DNA from: Tubiluchus corallicola
Taxonomy: Eukaryota > Animalia > Priapulida
NCBI GenBank assembly: GCA_030141605.1
Contig: JAQGDQ010001440.1
Span: 1 to 41,091 of the forward strand
Direction of reading: 5' to 3'
Length of the DNA: 41,091 bases
The position numbers and the translations under genes were made by a program. This document shows positions 1-12,399 of the stretch, piece by piece. Under the pieces are notes generated by a model, which was not told the DNA's origin, ran no database searches, and was given only the letters and a program-made list of their open reading frames with translations. Position 1 is the first letter of the stretch. Each line of letters opens with the position of its first letter.

Positions 1-170
1 AATCGTGTTAATAGAATCAAGGGAGAAGGTCATTAATGGCTTCATTGGCCTCTTCTATTAATGCGATTACGAAAACGGAAGCTGTGACGTTAAACGTTAA
101 AGGAAAAGTCAAGCCTTTTCGGAAGTTAGGCTTACAGTTATCTCCGCGAAAAACGTTGAATGACTTAGTA
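1..170 (-). repeat. Dispersed repeat, inverted copy of ~9520-9670
   Basis: Reverse complement matches 9520-9670 (aagcc.aacttt?cc.aaaaggcttgacttttcctttaa...gcttccgttttcgtaatcgcattaata). ORFs 17..259(-) and 9505..9726(+) share KPNFxKGLTFPL...ASVFVIALI. Confidence 0.8.
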
Positions 171-238
171 ATAATAATAAAAATAATAAATTTAATAATA
201 ATCATCATCATTATCATCATCATCATCATCATCATCAT
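168..238. repeat. (AAT)n/(ATC)n microsatellite
   Basis: Directly visible. Confidence 0.9.
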
Positions 239-339
239 AGCCAGCTTTTGGGTGAGCAATTAACATTAGCTCAAAGAGCTATTATTGCCGACAGTAAATA
301 ACAACCTACAACTACATAACAGAGGCTATTATTACCCCA

Positions 340-445
340 CTTTTACCCTAAATACCACGTGCCAAGGAGGGCAACACCATTTCTAAAGTCTTTTGTATGA
401 CCCACGACCTCCCAGATGTAAAGTGAACGCGTTACCAGACTAAAC
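340..445 (-). mobile_element. Degenerate tRNA-derived SINE fragment
   Basis: gtgccaagg...caccatttctaaagtcttttgtatgacccacgacctccc...aacgcgttacca resembles, from memory, the antisense head and body of invertebrate tRNA-SINEs; the B box is partly deleted. Confidence 0.4.
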
Positions 446-564
446 TGTCTGGTCTGAACTAAACCAGACAGGTTTAACAAGCTAACATATATGCAAAAAA
501 GTTTTTTTATATAAAAGTTTCAGCTAATGCACAAGTGCTGCTCATTGGTTGATGTCGCAATGGC

Positions 565-651
565 ACAAATGGTCTTCCAATGGTCACAAATGGTCACAAT
601 GGTCTTCCAATGGTCACAAATGGTCACAATGGTCTTCCAATATTCACAAAT
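565..651. repeat. Short ~30-bp tandem repeat (~3 copies)
   Basis: aatggtcttccaatggtcacaaatggtcac is repeated. Confidence 0.8.
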
Positions 652-979
652 CTGTGACTGACAACTTTCTAGGCCTATAATTGTACCAGATTCTGAGAAG
701 AAATAAACGAGTTGGCAACATGGCGACGATTATGGTAGAAATTGCCCGCGCACTTGCACTTTTTCCAAGACTGATTACCATCTCCTGCAATAATACATTC
801 TTCTGTTTTTGACTGGTTTACTTGAAGATTTCTTTTCTCTAGTTTTTTTTTGGGGGGGGATTCTTTTTTATTGTTTTGGAATACCCTTGTCTGATGTAAC
901 TTAAAATCCGTTTAAATACATTTTGAGCGCAGAAAGTAAAGCAATCGGCCTTGCATTCACTCCAAGCTAACCAGTCATT

Positions 980-1958
980 GCTTGAGAACAATGTGCACCC
1001 ATTACTTGAGAACAATGAGCCCCCATACTTGAGAACAATGAGCCCATTATCTTGAGAACAATGAGCCCCATTATCTTGAGAACAATGCGCCCCCATTACT
1101 TGAGAACAATGAGCCCCATTACTTGAGAACAATGAGCCCCATTACTTGAGAACAATGAGCCCCATTATCTTGAGAACAATGAACCCCATTACTTGAGAAC
1201 AATGAGCCCCATTACTTGAGAACAATGAGCCCCCTTACTTGAGCACAACGACCCCATTATCTTGAGAACAGTGAGCCCCATTACTTGAGAACAATGAGCC
1301 CCCATTACTTGAGAACAATGGGCCCCCTTTACTTGAGAACAATGAGCCCCATTACTTGGGAACAATGAGCCCCCATTACTTGAGAACAATGAACCCCATT
1401 ACTTGAGAACAATGAACCCCATTACTTGAGAAAAATGAGCCCCATTATCTTGAGAACAATGAACCCCATTACTTGAGAACAATGAGCCCCCATTACTTGA
1501 GAACAATGAGCCCCTATTACTTGAGTACAATGAGCCCCATTATCTTGAGAACAATGAGCCCCATTACTTGGGAACAATGAATCCCCGTTACTTGAGAACA
1601 ATGCGCCCCATTACTTGAGAACAATGAGCCCCATTACTTGAGAACAATGAGCCCCCATTACTTGAGAACAATGAGCCCCCATTACTTGAGAACAATGAGC
1701 CCCATTACTTGAGAACAATGAGCCCCCATTACTTGAGAACAATGAGCCCCCATTACTTGAGAACAATGAGCCCCATTACTTGAGAAAAATGAGCCCCATT
1801 ATTTGGTTTTTGGTGGTTTTGGTTGTGTTTTGGTGGTTTTGGTGGTTTTGGTGGTTTTGGGTTTTGGTGGTTTTGGTTTTTGGTGGTTTTGGTTTGAGAA
1901 CAATGAACCCCATTACTTGAGAACAATGAGCCCCCATTACTTGAGTACAATGAGCCCC
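980..1958. repeat. 23-24-bp minisatellite (cccattacttgagaacaatgagc), interrupted by a G/T tract at ~1804-1892
   Basis: Head-to-tail copies with variable C-run length and no unique spacers. Confidence 0.97.
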
Positions 1959-2511
1959 ACTTCCCTGTATGCCACTGAGTTGTCTTAGCAACAATATGGG
2001 CAGTTAATGTAGGTTAGTTAATTACAATGTTCTTCAAGATGATCTTGGACATCTAGAAGCTACTTTTCAGCTGTATAGTGATGGCTACTAGTAATTGTGC
2101 GTTTCAAGATGAATTATAACCACTCCTAATGGCTGTTCCATATTTGTCTCGAGTAATTATGAGTTTGGTAAAAGCTATCATTTATCGTGACGTAGAGCGC
2201 GCAGGGATATATGAGTGTCACGAGCATAGGCGAAAGTAGTACGGGAGCAATTTCAAGCTGGTTATTATGAAGATGAGGCAGAAATGGCCTTTAGCGACCT
2301 CTTGTTTGCTTACCTCCTGAGGGAGTTTATGCATGGAACGCATTTACAGGGGAAGAAAGGAGAATCTCAAAAGAGGTTTCCATAGAAAGTTGTACGCTTA
2401 CGTGTTTGAAAAATTTGTGTAGTTGGGAGAGAAAATTCTAAATAATTTGAAATATTGGTGATTGAGTCTTCACCACTCACTCAAACTTTAACAAAAAACA
2501 CTCTATTCATC

Positions 2512-2541
2512 TTAGTTTAAACATAATTTATTACACACACA

Positions 2542-2582
<41 letters not shown>

Positions 2583-2682
2583 AGTTGAAACATAATTTAT
2601 TATAGGATTGGATCAGACAGTTTGAACAACATGATTTAGGATCCTCATCACAACAGTCTACACACACACTCTTTCTCTCTTC

Positions 2683-2719
<37 letters not shown>

Positions 2720-2771
2720 CTTTCTCCTCTCTCTCTTTCTCTCTCTCTCTCTCTGTTTCTCCCTCTCTCTT

Positions 2772-2829
<58 letters not shown>

Positions 2830-2837
2830 CCTCTCTC
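2512..2837. repeat. (CA)/(TC)n microsatellites interleaved with two extra copies of the adjacent LINE 3' tip
   Basis: agtt[t/g]aaacataatttatta occurs at ~2513, ~2583 and ~2838, separated by (CA)n(TC)n. Confidence 0.85.
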
Positions 2838-3480
2838 AGTTTAAACATAATTTATTATAGGATTGGATCAGGCAGTTTGAACAACCTGATTTAGGATCCT
2901 TACCACAACAGACTTTATACACTATTTACAAAAACATTTACAGTAAGAATAGACTATAACTACACAAGCTGATAAGTTTTGCTACAAGATTACATTAGAC
3001 ATTAGTAGAAAATGACGGTTAGAACATATTAATGTACGATAATTTAAGACTGATGCATTTCATATCAGATAGAAACTACTGGAAGCGTATAGTACGTATT
3101 ATAAAGTCATATATACATTGGAATATTTTACAGCAAGTAACATAGTTAAATTCATCTTTTCCGAACAATAACAACTTCAACAGATCATTAGTTCCTAAGG
3201 CATCTATATTAAGGTTTTCAGGCAGAAGTATTTCATTTAATTTATCAAACATAACAACCCTAGCTAGTTGATACAATGGGCAGTGCAACAAAAAGTGTTC
3301 AACAGACTCAAATCGAAATCCACAGTTACAATTCGGCAATACTGGATGACCGTTATTATCTTTACAGCCTTTAGAGAAAAGGACAAAGATCATAGTTTAG
3401 CTGAGAAAATCCGATTCTCATGCGCATGTGCAAATTTTCACTATTGATCTTATTGGTAACATAAAATAATCTGCACTTTT
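2838..3480 (-). mobile_element. 5'-truncated CR1-group LINE: ORF2 C-terminus plus 3' UTR
   Basis: ORF 3076..3393(-) CNCGFRFESVEHFLLHCPLY...LLLFG...IFQCIYDFIIRTIRFQ is a C-terminal CCHC finger typical of invertebrate non-LTR elements. A frameshifted MRIGFSQLNYDL lies upstream. The 3' UTR is shared with copies at 5397 and 13312. Confidence 0.85.
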
Positions 3481-3549
3481 TTTGCTTACTTAATGAAGAG
3501 TTTGCAACGAATTCTCTATTTTTCATACTGCTGTCGAAATGTGTTTCAA

Positions 3550-3720
3550 AAACGACTTACCGTTAAAATGGTTGCGGTCAAAGGTCATTGCTGGAGTTTA
3601 AATTTACAGGTTTTAAACAGGGTTACTGTCAATGCAAACACTGTACACAATAAGACAGCACGTAAATGATGGTGTTTATTTAAGCTTTATTTATGAATGG
3701 TGTTTTTCGTCGTTTAAAAG
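3550..3720 (+). repeat. Dispersed repeat family B (copies at ~6205-6400 and ~28205-28330)
   Basis: Shared ggtcat[c/t]gct[g/c]gagtttaaat...acag[c/g]gttactg core. Confidence 0.7.
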
Positions 3721-3834
3721 TTCATGAACTCTCTACTCTCTAGGTCAGTCTCTACCCGTTTACCGTCCAATCTAAGCAACCACAAAGGACCTTAAACCTT
3801 GTTTGTCCAAACCTCAGACAATTTCAAAAGACAG

Positions 3835-3998
3835 AAACGGATAGAATGCGACAAGGTACCACTGATGACAGTTGCGTGTTGAGAATTGGGCAGGGCTTCA
3901 TAATGTATGGGGCTTCTGCTATCTTGAGATCTTGAACTTTACTTGCATTATATAAAGTGTTAAATTGGTGGTAAAGGCTACAGTAGCCGAAACGATAA
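3835..3998 (-). mobile_element. Penelope-like element remnant (GIY-YIG endonuclease C-terminus)
   Basis: Minus-strand LYNASKVQDLKIAEAPYIMKPCPILNTQL matches the PLE pattern L.I.EA..I....P.LN.Q. The adjacent ggctacagtagccgaaacg looks like a hammerhead stem II plus GAAAC remnant. Confidence 0.65.
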
Positions 3999-4006
3999 AC
4001 ATGACG

Positions 4007-4540
<534 letters not shown>

Positions 4541-4973
4541 ATTCATTCATTCAAAATCTTTTATTTATAAAAGAACATAAAGTATAAGTACAGATACGAT
4601 ATATATACAAAAACAAAAAGACCCCTCTATTTACAGGGGTGAATGTTTTCACGCATATATACATAAAGCGCACGAGGAGTGTATATTAAAACGCTTAAAC
4701 CATTTCTAAGCAGGACAAGATGAAAACCTGCACAAGTGAAAATTATACTAAAAAAATAAACACGGGCTAAAAATCGCATTTACATATAATATAATCATAA
4801 AAACGAAAAGGCCAATTTATTATTAGAAGAAGTAAATTATTTTTTCATAAAACCTGTCACAAGATCAGTGAAATTGCAAACGTGAATGCAACTGATCTTT
4901 AATGAAGGAATCATCACAAAGCTGCATAACAGCCTCTAAAATATCATTGCACTAAAGTGTTTGTACGCACGAG

Positions 4974-5222
4974 TTCAAAAATGCGCGTCTGTCCACGTAG
5001 TTCAACCTACATTCTTAAGAGCAAGAAGTTTCGTCTCAAGTCGAGTACAGTAACCCAGCGAGATATCAATTCATCGATCAGTATGCACTACGAATGCTTC
5101 AAAAATGCGCGTCTGTCCACGTAGTGTAACCTACATTCTTAACAGCAAGAAGTTTCGTCTCAAGTCGCGTACAATAACCCAGCGAGACATCAATGCATCG
5201 ATCAGTATGCACGACGAATGCT
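4974..5222. repeat. Tandem duplication of a ~124-bp unit
   Basis: ttcaaaaatgcgcgtctgtccacgtag...gtatgcac.acgaatgc starts at 4974 and 5098. Confidence 0.92.
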
Positions 5223-5396
5223 TGCAAAACCATGTGGTCACTATTGACTAATCAACCACTACAATTGTTGGCTATTAGGGCTTATGATGTTCATTCATAG
5301 TTTTCAGTATTTCTTGTTTGTCACGTGTCATTCGTACAGATTTAATTGACAAATAGCAAACTATCAGTTAAAGGACTAGAAAACCTTAATAAAGCT

Positions 5397-5757
5397 ACCT
5401 TAGGAACTAATGATCTGTTGAAGTTGTTATTATTCGGAAAAGATGAATTTAACTATGTTGCTAACTGTAAAATATTCCAATGCATACATGACTTTATATT
5501 ATGTACTAAACGTTTCCAGTAGTTTCTATCTGATATGAAATGCATCAGCCTTAAATATTCGTACATTAATATTTTCTAACCGCCATTTTCTACTAATGTC
5601 TAATGTAATCTTGTAGTAAAACTTGTCAGCTTGCGTAGTTATAGTCTATTCTTACTGTAAATGTTCTTGTAAATAGTGTATAAAGTCTGTTGTGGAGAGG
5701 ATCCTAAATCATGTTGTTCAAACTGTCTGATCCAATCCTAAATAAATTATGTTATAC
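5397..5757 (+). mobile_element. CR1-group LINE 3' fragment (same family as 2838-3480, opposite strand)
   Basis: Encodes LGTNDLLKLLLFGKDEFNYVANCKIFQCIHDFILCTKRFQ*, then the same 3' UTR ending aataaattatgtt. Confidence 0.88.
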
Positions 5758-5845
5758 TAAGGACAAGAAAAGGGGCACCCGATGTAAGTTTCAGAAAAAT
5801 CGCCTTGAAAATTGAATTACTTTACAACAATTTTACGCGTACATC

Positions 5846-6025
5846 TTCCTGCATGCGCATTGGAGTTATTCAAGGCTGCACACTTGGGCCCTTCTTATAA
5901 CTCACATAATTAAAGTAGAGAAATGGCACCAAGGTACAACCCTGGGGAACTCCCGCAATTGTAGATCCTCCCGGGGAAGAACGAGCAGAGTCTAAGATGA
6001 AGTTGCGTCTTTCATCTCAATATTT
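5846..6025 (+). repeat. Dispersed repeat family A, partial
   Basis: ttcctgcatgcgcattggagttattcaaggctg...aagatgaagttgc is also at ~11270(+) and ~14090-14250(-). Confidence 0.9.
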
Positions 6026-6204
6026 TGTTTGTTTTCATTTTAAATCTCCCGCAATACCATTCTGAAGTCGCCATTACATGACGTCATACACGCACAACGT
6101 AAATTAGGGAAAGAAAGTGAAATGTTAAACTTTGTCCTAATAAACTTTCCATGCAAAGTTACATTACTTAGCTTTCAAATTTCACGCAACGTTATCTAAA
6201 CTTG

Positions 6205-6400
6205 TTACAAACGACCTACCAATAAAATTCCTGCGTATAACGGTCATCGCTCGAGTTTAAATTTCGAATTTTTATACAGCGTTACTGCTGACGCAAGCCC
6301 TGCATGCAAAAAAGCTGTAGGTAAGCAGCGTAAAATTTCAAGACGAATTTTTAAGGTTTATGTAAGTGGAGGTTTCTTCTGCTTTAACAAACTTTTTAGA
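6205..6400 (+). repeat. Dispersed repeat family B
   Basis: Similar to 3550-3720 and 28205-28330. Confidence 0.7.
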
Positions 6401-6425
6401 CTAAACTTTGGATGCCAAAATTTAC

Positions 6426-8060
6426 AACAAGTCACCCAGTATATCTTGGGTTTATCTAACTGTTATCACGTAAACTGTTTGTGATGTGCTAAAGGAAAGA
6501 ACAAGTCACTCAGTATTTTGGGTTTATCTAACTGTTATCACGTAAACTGTTTGTGGTGTGCTAAAGGAAAGAACAAGTCACTCAGTATGTTGGGTTTATC
6601 TAACTGTTATCACTTAAACTGTTTGTGGTGTGCTAAGGGAAAGAACAAGTCACTCAGTATGTTGGGTTTATCTAACTGTTATCACTTAAACTGTTTGTGA
6701 TGTGCTAAAGGAATGAACAAGTCACTCAGTATGTTGGGTTTATCTAACTGTTATCACTTAAACTGTTTGTGGTGTGCTAAAGGGAAGAACAAGTCACTCA
6801 GTATGTTGTGTTTATCAAACTGTTATCACTTAAACTGTTTGTGATGTGCTAAAGGAAAGAACAAGTCACTCAGTATATTGGGTTTATATAACTGTTATCA
6901 CTTAAACTGTTTGTGATGTGCTAAAGGAAAGAACAAGTCACTCAGTATGTTGTGTTTATCTAACTGTTATCACTTAAACTGTTTGTGGTGTGCTAAAGGA
7001 AAGAACAAGTCACTCAGTATATTGGGTTTATCTAACTGTTATCACTTAAACTGTTTGTGGTGTGCTAAAGGAAAGAACAAGTCACTCAGTATGTTGGGTT
7101 TATCAAAGTGTTATCAGTTAAACTGTTTGTGATGTGCTAAAGGAAAGAACAAGTCACTCAGTATGTTGGGTTTATCTAACTGTTATCACTTAAACTGTTT
7201 GTGGTGTGCTAAAGGAAAGAACAAGTCACTCAGTATGTTGGGTTTATCTAACTGTTATCACTTAAACTGTTTGTGGTGTACTAAAGGAAAGAACAAGTCA
7301 CTCAGTATGTTGGGTTTATCTAACTGTTATCACTTAAACTGTTTGTGGTGTACTAAAGGAAAGAACAAGTCACTCAGTATGTTGGGTTTATCTAACTGTT
7401 ATCACTTAAACTGTTTGTGGTGTGCTAAAGGAAAGAACAAGTCATTCAGTATGTTGGGTTTATCTAACTGTTATCACTTAAACTGTTTGTGGTGTGCTAA
7501 ATGAAAGAACAAGTCACTCAGTATGTTGGGTTTATTTTACTGTTATCACTTGAACTGCTTGTGACGTGCTAAAGGAAAGAACAAGTCACTCAGTATGTTG
7601 GGTTTATCTAACTGTTATCACTTAAACTGTTTGTTGTGTGCTAAAGGAAAGAACAAGTCATTCAGTATGTTGGGTTTATCTAACTGTTATCACTTAAACT
7701 GTTTGTGATGTGCTAAAGGAAAGAACAAGTCACTCAGTATGTTGGGTTTATCTAACTGTTATCATTTAAACTGTTTGTGGTGTGCTAAAGGAAACCACAA
7801 GTCACTCAGTATGTTGGGTTTATTTTACTGTTATCACTTAAACTGTTTGTGGTGTGCTAAACGAAAGAACAAGTCACTCAGTATGTTGGGTTTATCTAAC
7901 TGTTATCATTTAAACTGTTTGTGGTGTGCTAAATGAAAGAACAAGTCACTCAGTATGTTGGGTTTATTTTACTGTTATCACTTGAACTGCTTGTGACGTG
8001 CTTAAGGAAAGAACAAGTCACTCAGTATGTTGGGTTTATCTAACTGTTATCACTTAAACT
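6426..8060. repeat. 72-bp minisatellite, ~22.7 copies
   Basis: aagaacaagtcactcagtatgttgggtttatctaactgttatcacttaaactgtttgtggtgtgctaaagga head-to-tail. Confidence 0.98.
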
Positions 8061-8537
8061 TAGAAAGATATAACGAAGAAATTTGCAAAAGTACTCTCTA
8101 TTAATCATAAATTTAAAAGATACAACCTCTGAATAGAAATTTTGAGTTAGGTGGGGTATCGTTGCCGTCATTCGTTTGAAAATTACTGGGAAATTTCCAG
8201 ACTTTCCATGAACTTTCAGTGGCTTTCCGTGGCATCGTGAACTTTCCATTGCGCTAACTCAAACTTGTGCAGATTATCTGTTATTCGCGCTACAAAATGT
8301 TGCAAAATCAACTATCTAATATTTTTGTAAAAACTTATTATACTTTCGACGAAGATTGACAGTGTGCTTCTATTCTTCCGGACGAATGACGTCACTGAAA
8401 GGATAAAGGACATTGAAAATGGGAGCGCCCAGCCATGAAGTGATCGCGACTTTAAAGCGATTGAAATGTATGCAAAACACCAGTTTAATGTGCTGACCAA
8501 AAGTTTCTTTATTCTGTAATACAATGATTAACAATTA

Positions 8538-9019
8538 CAGTGGACTGTCGTTACAAGAATCACACGTATAAGAATCAGCTCGATATAAGAATCAAAATCG
8601 CGTTTCCCGAATTGAATCGGCATTTTCCTAGTGAAAATCCGCTCGCATAAGAATCACCCTTCTTTCGATAGTAGAATCAATTTTGGCGCCAACTCCATTG
8701 TCTCTCACATGGTTCTGCGCAGTGGGCGTGGAGAAAAAAATTATGTGCATTAAAAAATTTTTAAGGCAATTCTGTCATCATGAAATATTTACCCAACCAT
8801 GAAATGAAAATATTAGTCTAGGAATTTTTAGGTCCTTTTTAGGCCAGAAAAACATTATGCTGTTTCATGTCGTTTCTAGCGTAATTTCGGGAAATAAATA
8901 ATTTTTATGTGCATAAAATTTTTTTAAAGCAATTCTGTGTCATGCTCGTTATAAGAATCGCTTGTTATAAGAATCACTTTGCCTTCTCCCGAGGTGATTC
9001 TTATAACGAGAGTCCACTG
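8538..9019. mobile_element. Tc1/mariner (pogo/Tigger-type) MITE, 482 bp
   Basis: TIRs CAGTGGACTgTCGTTAcAAGAATCAC / GTGATTCTTATAACGAGAGTCCACTG, flanked by TA (8536-37 and 9020-21). The subterminal motif ataagaatc is repeated. Confidence 0.92.
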
Positions 9020-9519
9020 TAGTTTAATTTGCATTGAGTAGAAGAGAGTTCATCGCATGATTAGATGTATGACTATAAAACTGATATAAAATTTATATAA
9101 GCTACATTGAAATTAATTAATAATAACTTACGGTGTTAGAGCCTTTAATAGTTACAAAGACAGGAATGAGAACTCCAAGTAGCCTTAAGAACAACAATGT
9201 CACAACAATAAATTCGTAAGAAATTCACAGTCATAATGTTCATCACAAACACAAAACTAGAGCAATGGCGGAGAGAACCAAAAGACGGGTAAAATGTCAG
9301 ACAACTACTACAGCTATAGCTCACGAAAGGCCAAAATGCTAATGTATTCAAGGATATTAGGTGCTTCAATTTTAAAAGAGTGACTACTGTAAAAAGCTAA
9401 ATGCCTACTAAATAAACAAACAGGTGGCAGCACCGCGGCAGTAACTAAATAAAAACCAAAAAGGGCCTATGCACCCGCTACAGTGATTTTACTAATCACA
9501 TGAAGTGCTTATTGCAGTT

Positions 9520-9670
9520 TTACTACTAAATCCCTGTAGCATTTTTCACGAACATCGAAATAAGCCCAACTTTCCAAAAGGCTTGACTTTTCCTTTAAGT
9601 GACTCCTGCGTCGCAGCTTCCGTTTTCGTAATCGCATTAATACAGCAGACCGTTTCCATTAGCACGATTT
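9520..9670 (+). repeat. Dispersed repeat (partner of 1-170)
   Basis: See 1-170. Confidence 0.8.
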
Positions 9671-9768
9671 CGCCTCATAGAAGGCTTGGCCTTTCCCTTA
9701 AGTTACAAAAATACAATTACCAATGAAGCCAATTACAAAGACCTATACTTACAATTTACCAGCATTAA

Positions 9769-10226
9769 CCCTTTCAGTCCCAAATTATTTTTTTAATAAG
9801 AAAAATTTTTTTGGTTTGGTACTTTTGTTCAGTATGTACATCTTGTTTACACATAATAATTATTTTTTCTACCTGTGCCCACGTGCTAAATATAGCCTGT
9901 ATCCCACGGGATACATTGGGATTCAATGGAAGCATAAGATGTGCTTCATTTTGCAACTGCTGATAATTTTTTAAAGTATCTAAGACATTTAGTATGCACG
10001 CTATGCTGATCTGTACGAAGTCGTCTCTAAAGTACTGTACCTTGTGCAGTTTTTATGCTATGTAGACTTTCTAGTTTGCAATTTTATCACCATTATTTGT
10101 CTATTGTTATTGGCTTAAATCAAAATAACTATTAACAGATCAAATAACTGTCAGTTTTAAAATTTTATTAATTTTAAAGGTAGAAAATATTCTCGTATCC
10201 CATGGGATACAACGGGTATGAAAGGG
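9769..10226 (+). mobile_element. piggyBac-type MITE, 458 bp
   Basis: TTAA|CCCTTTCA...TGAAAGGG|TTAA. A near-identical inverted copy is at 19505-19966 and a partial copy at ~24013-24180. Strand is relative only. Confidence 0.92.
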
Positions 10227-10484
10227 TTAAAAAGAGAAAGTAGTTTAAGATACTGGCTAAACTGACGAGAATGGGGGTAGTACATGAAAAATTATCCTGT
10301 GTTCTTTTAACCTTTTGGCGACGCACTAAACTGTACTTAAAGTTGCATCCTGAACTCTATTTACTCAGTGTCTTACTAGATGGCAACACATGTTGTACAA
10401 TACTTGCTGTTCTATGATAGCAAATCAGATGGGAAGTCGAATCGCGCCATCTACCGACAAAATATAAAAACATCTCAAGGTACT

Positions 10485-10992
10485 TGCGATTGCGATTGCG
10501 ATACTCGACTCTCTCCACCTATCAGAGGCAGGCACCTTTATAGGGTGCAAAGTCTATTCTTCTTTAACGCTGATCTTTTATTTGTCTTTTCCAAGTTTAA
10601 TGTCTTTATTTGTCTTTATCCTGTATTCCATACATTCGTTCACTAGATTTCTAATTTCTAGCAATCCTTCCTTTTCACTGTTCATTAATATATCTGAGTT
10701 CAAAATTTCTTTCCATTCTCCATATCTGTAACATCTAAGCATATGTTCAGTAGTGTCATCATCTTCCTCACACACTGGTCATAATAACTGATCCTTAAAC
10801 TCATTCTTGTAGTTTCCTTTAACTTTAATCATATTCAGTCTTGTTTTCAATATATCTTTAACCTCTTCTGGCTTGCATGTGTCTATGTAATTTTGTCGTT
10901 TCCACTTGGTATGCCTTAAAAATCTTAATTTAGTGCTGTTCCTGCATTTTTCTGCACATTCATTCTTTATATTATATTCAACTTGCTCCATG
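10485..10992 (-). mobile_element. Non-LTR retrotransposon 3' fragment (clade uncertain, RTE-X-like)
   Basis: ORFs 10779..10991 and 10578..10775 are one frame: KTRLNMIKVKGNYKNEFKDQLL*PVCEEDDDTTEHMLRC, a CCHC finger whose first Cys is mutated to a stop. Confidence 0.8.
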
Positions 10993-11074
10993 ACGCTATG
11001 TAAAGCAAAATGTTACAATGCGGAGATGGTATTTTTCGATGATTCCTGGACTCGCCTCGGCTCCTCGCCGGAGA

Positions 11075-11520
11075 TAGAATCATCCCCCTCCCCCCGTCTG
11101 AAACACTCACTTAAAATGTCATTCTTTGAGCGGTCACATTTCACAAGTGTCTTCTGATGCAATTTACAGATGCTGGAAAACGACTTTGTATCACAAACAT
11201 ACAATTAAGTCGGTCTTATGTAGCAGTAATTGTGTTACTGATGTGGCACGCTTCCATGAATTCCACGCTTTCCTGCATGCGCATTGGAGTTATTCAAGGC
11301 TGTACACTTGGGCCCTTCTTATAACTTACATAATTAAAGTAGAGAAATGGCAGCAAGGCACAACCCTGGGGGACCCCCGCAATTGTAGATCCTCTCGGGG
11401 AAGAATGAACAGAGTTAAGATGAAGTTGCATTCTTCATCTGAATATGATTCTATTGTTGTAACACGGATCTAAATAATCAGATAAACAGCAGAACGGAAT
11501 TTCATTGAATCAAAATCTGA
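11075..11520 (+). repeat. Dispersed repeat family A, ~445 bp
   Basis: Reverse complement of 13998-14440 along its whole length. Confidence 0.9.
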
Positions 11521-11592
11521 CGCGTACACATTTTTGTTTCCAAAACATTACCAAAACTGTTTGAAGTTTTAAAGTGAGAAGTTTTTCATGCA

Positions 11593-11626
11593 GTAATAAT
11601 AATAATGATGATGATAAAGATGATGT

Positions 11627-11668
<42 letters not shown>

Positions 11669-11802
11669 CGACGATGACGATGATGACGACGACGACGACA
11701 ACAACAACAAAAACAACAACGACAACAACAACAATACAATAACAATAATTATAACAGTAACCTTCACAAATTTTCAATTTCAATTCAATTTCAATTTCAA
11801 TT
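11593..11802. repeat. Compound microsatellite (AAT)(GAT)(GAC)(AAC), then (CAATTT)n
   Basis: Directly visible. Confidence 0.93.
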
Positions 11803-11973
11803 TATTTCTGTCAGCATAATAACAATGTTACAATAGATTTCAGATGACGGTTCATACAATAAATATTACAAATTTTCAGAAATGTTGGCCTATCAGTGGG
11901 GTATTCTAAAGATATTTTAAGTTGGTTTTCAAAAATATTTATTTATATATATTTATATATTATATATATTAAT

Positions 11974-12110
11974 TCTTTATTTGTCATTAAAATGGTTCAC
12001 TCATTATAATAAAATAGAGTAATCCTCAGCGTAATGTTAAGATAACAACACTGTTCAAGACAAATGCGTCCAGTGCAGACTAAAAAAAACTAAAGTGCAA
12101 AACTAAGGCC
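11974..12110 (-). mobile_element. L2/Crack-like LINE 3' end
   Basis: tctttatttg[t/c]catt...caaatgcgtccagtgca..ctaaa is shared with 18832, 23660-23945 and 39580-40160. Confidence 0.65.
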
Positions 12111-12399
12111 TAATTATATACAATAAATGAACATATTTACAAACACCATATTAAAATATTTTTACAAAACAATATTACAAAAGGACATTAAATTTTACAT
12201 GACATATTTTACACAATATACTTTTGACATGACACAATTAACATAACACGTATTATGTTACTGTAAAAACATTTAAAAAACAACCAATCAAATAACAGAA
12301 TTCAAGTGGGTTTCGAATTGTTGTAAAAAAATGAAAATGGGAAACTGCGTTGCGGTCTAATTTTATAAACAAAATTGCTGTTAGTTTTGATGCCCCTTG

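Noticed and set aside
980-1958. CRISPR-like array (also considered for the 61-, 72-, 88- and 34-bp arrays)
   Set aside because: Units are head-to-tail with no unique spacers, there are no cas genes, and the context is eukaryotic.
6518-7936. Cys/His-rich repeat ORFs resembling zinc fingers
   Set aside because: Products of the 72-bp array; TGG/TGA variants interrupt the frame repeatedly.
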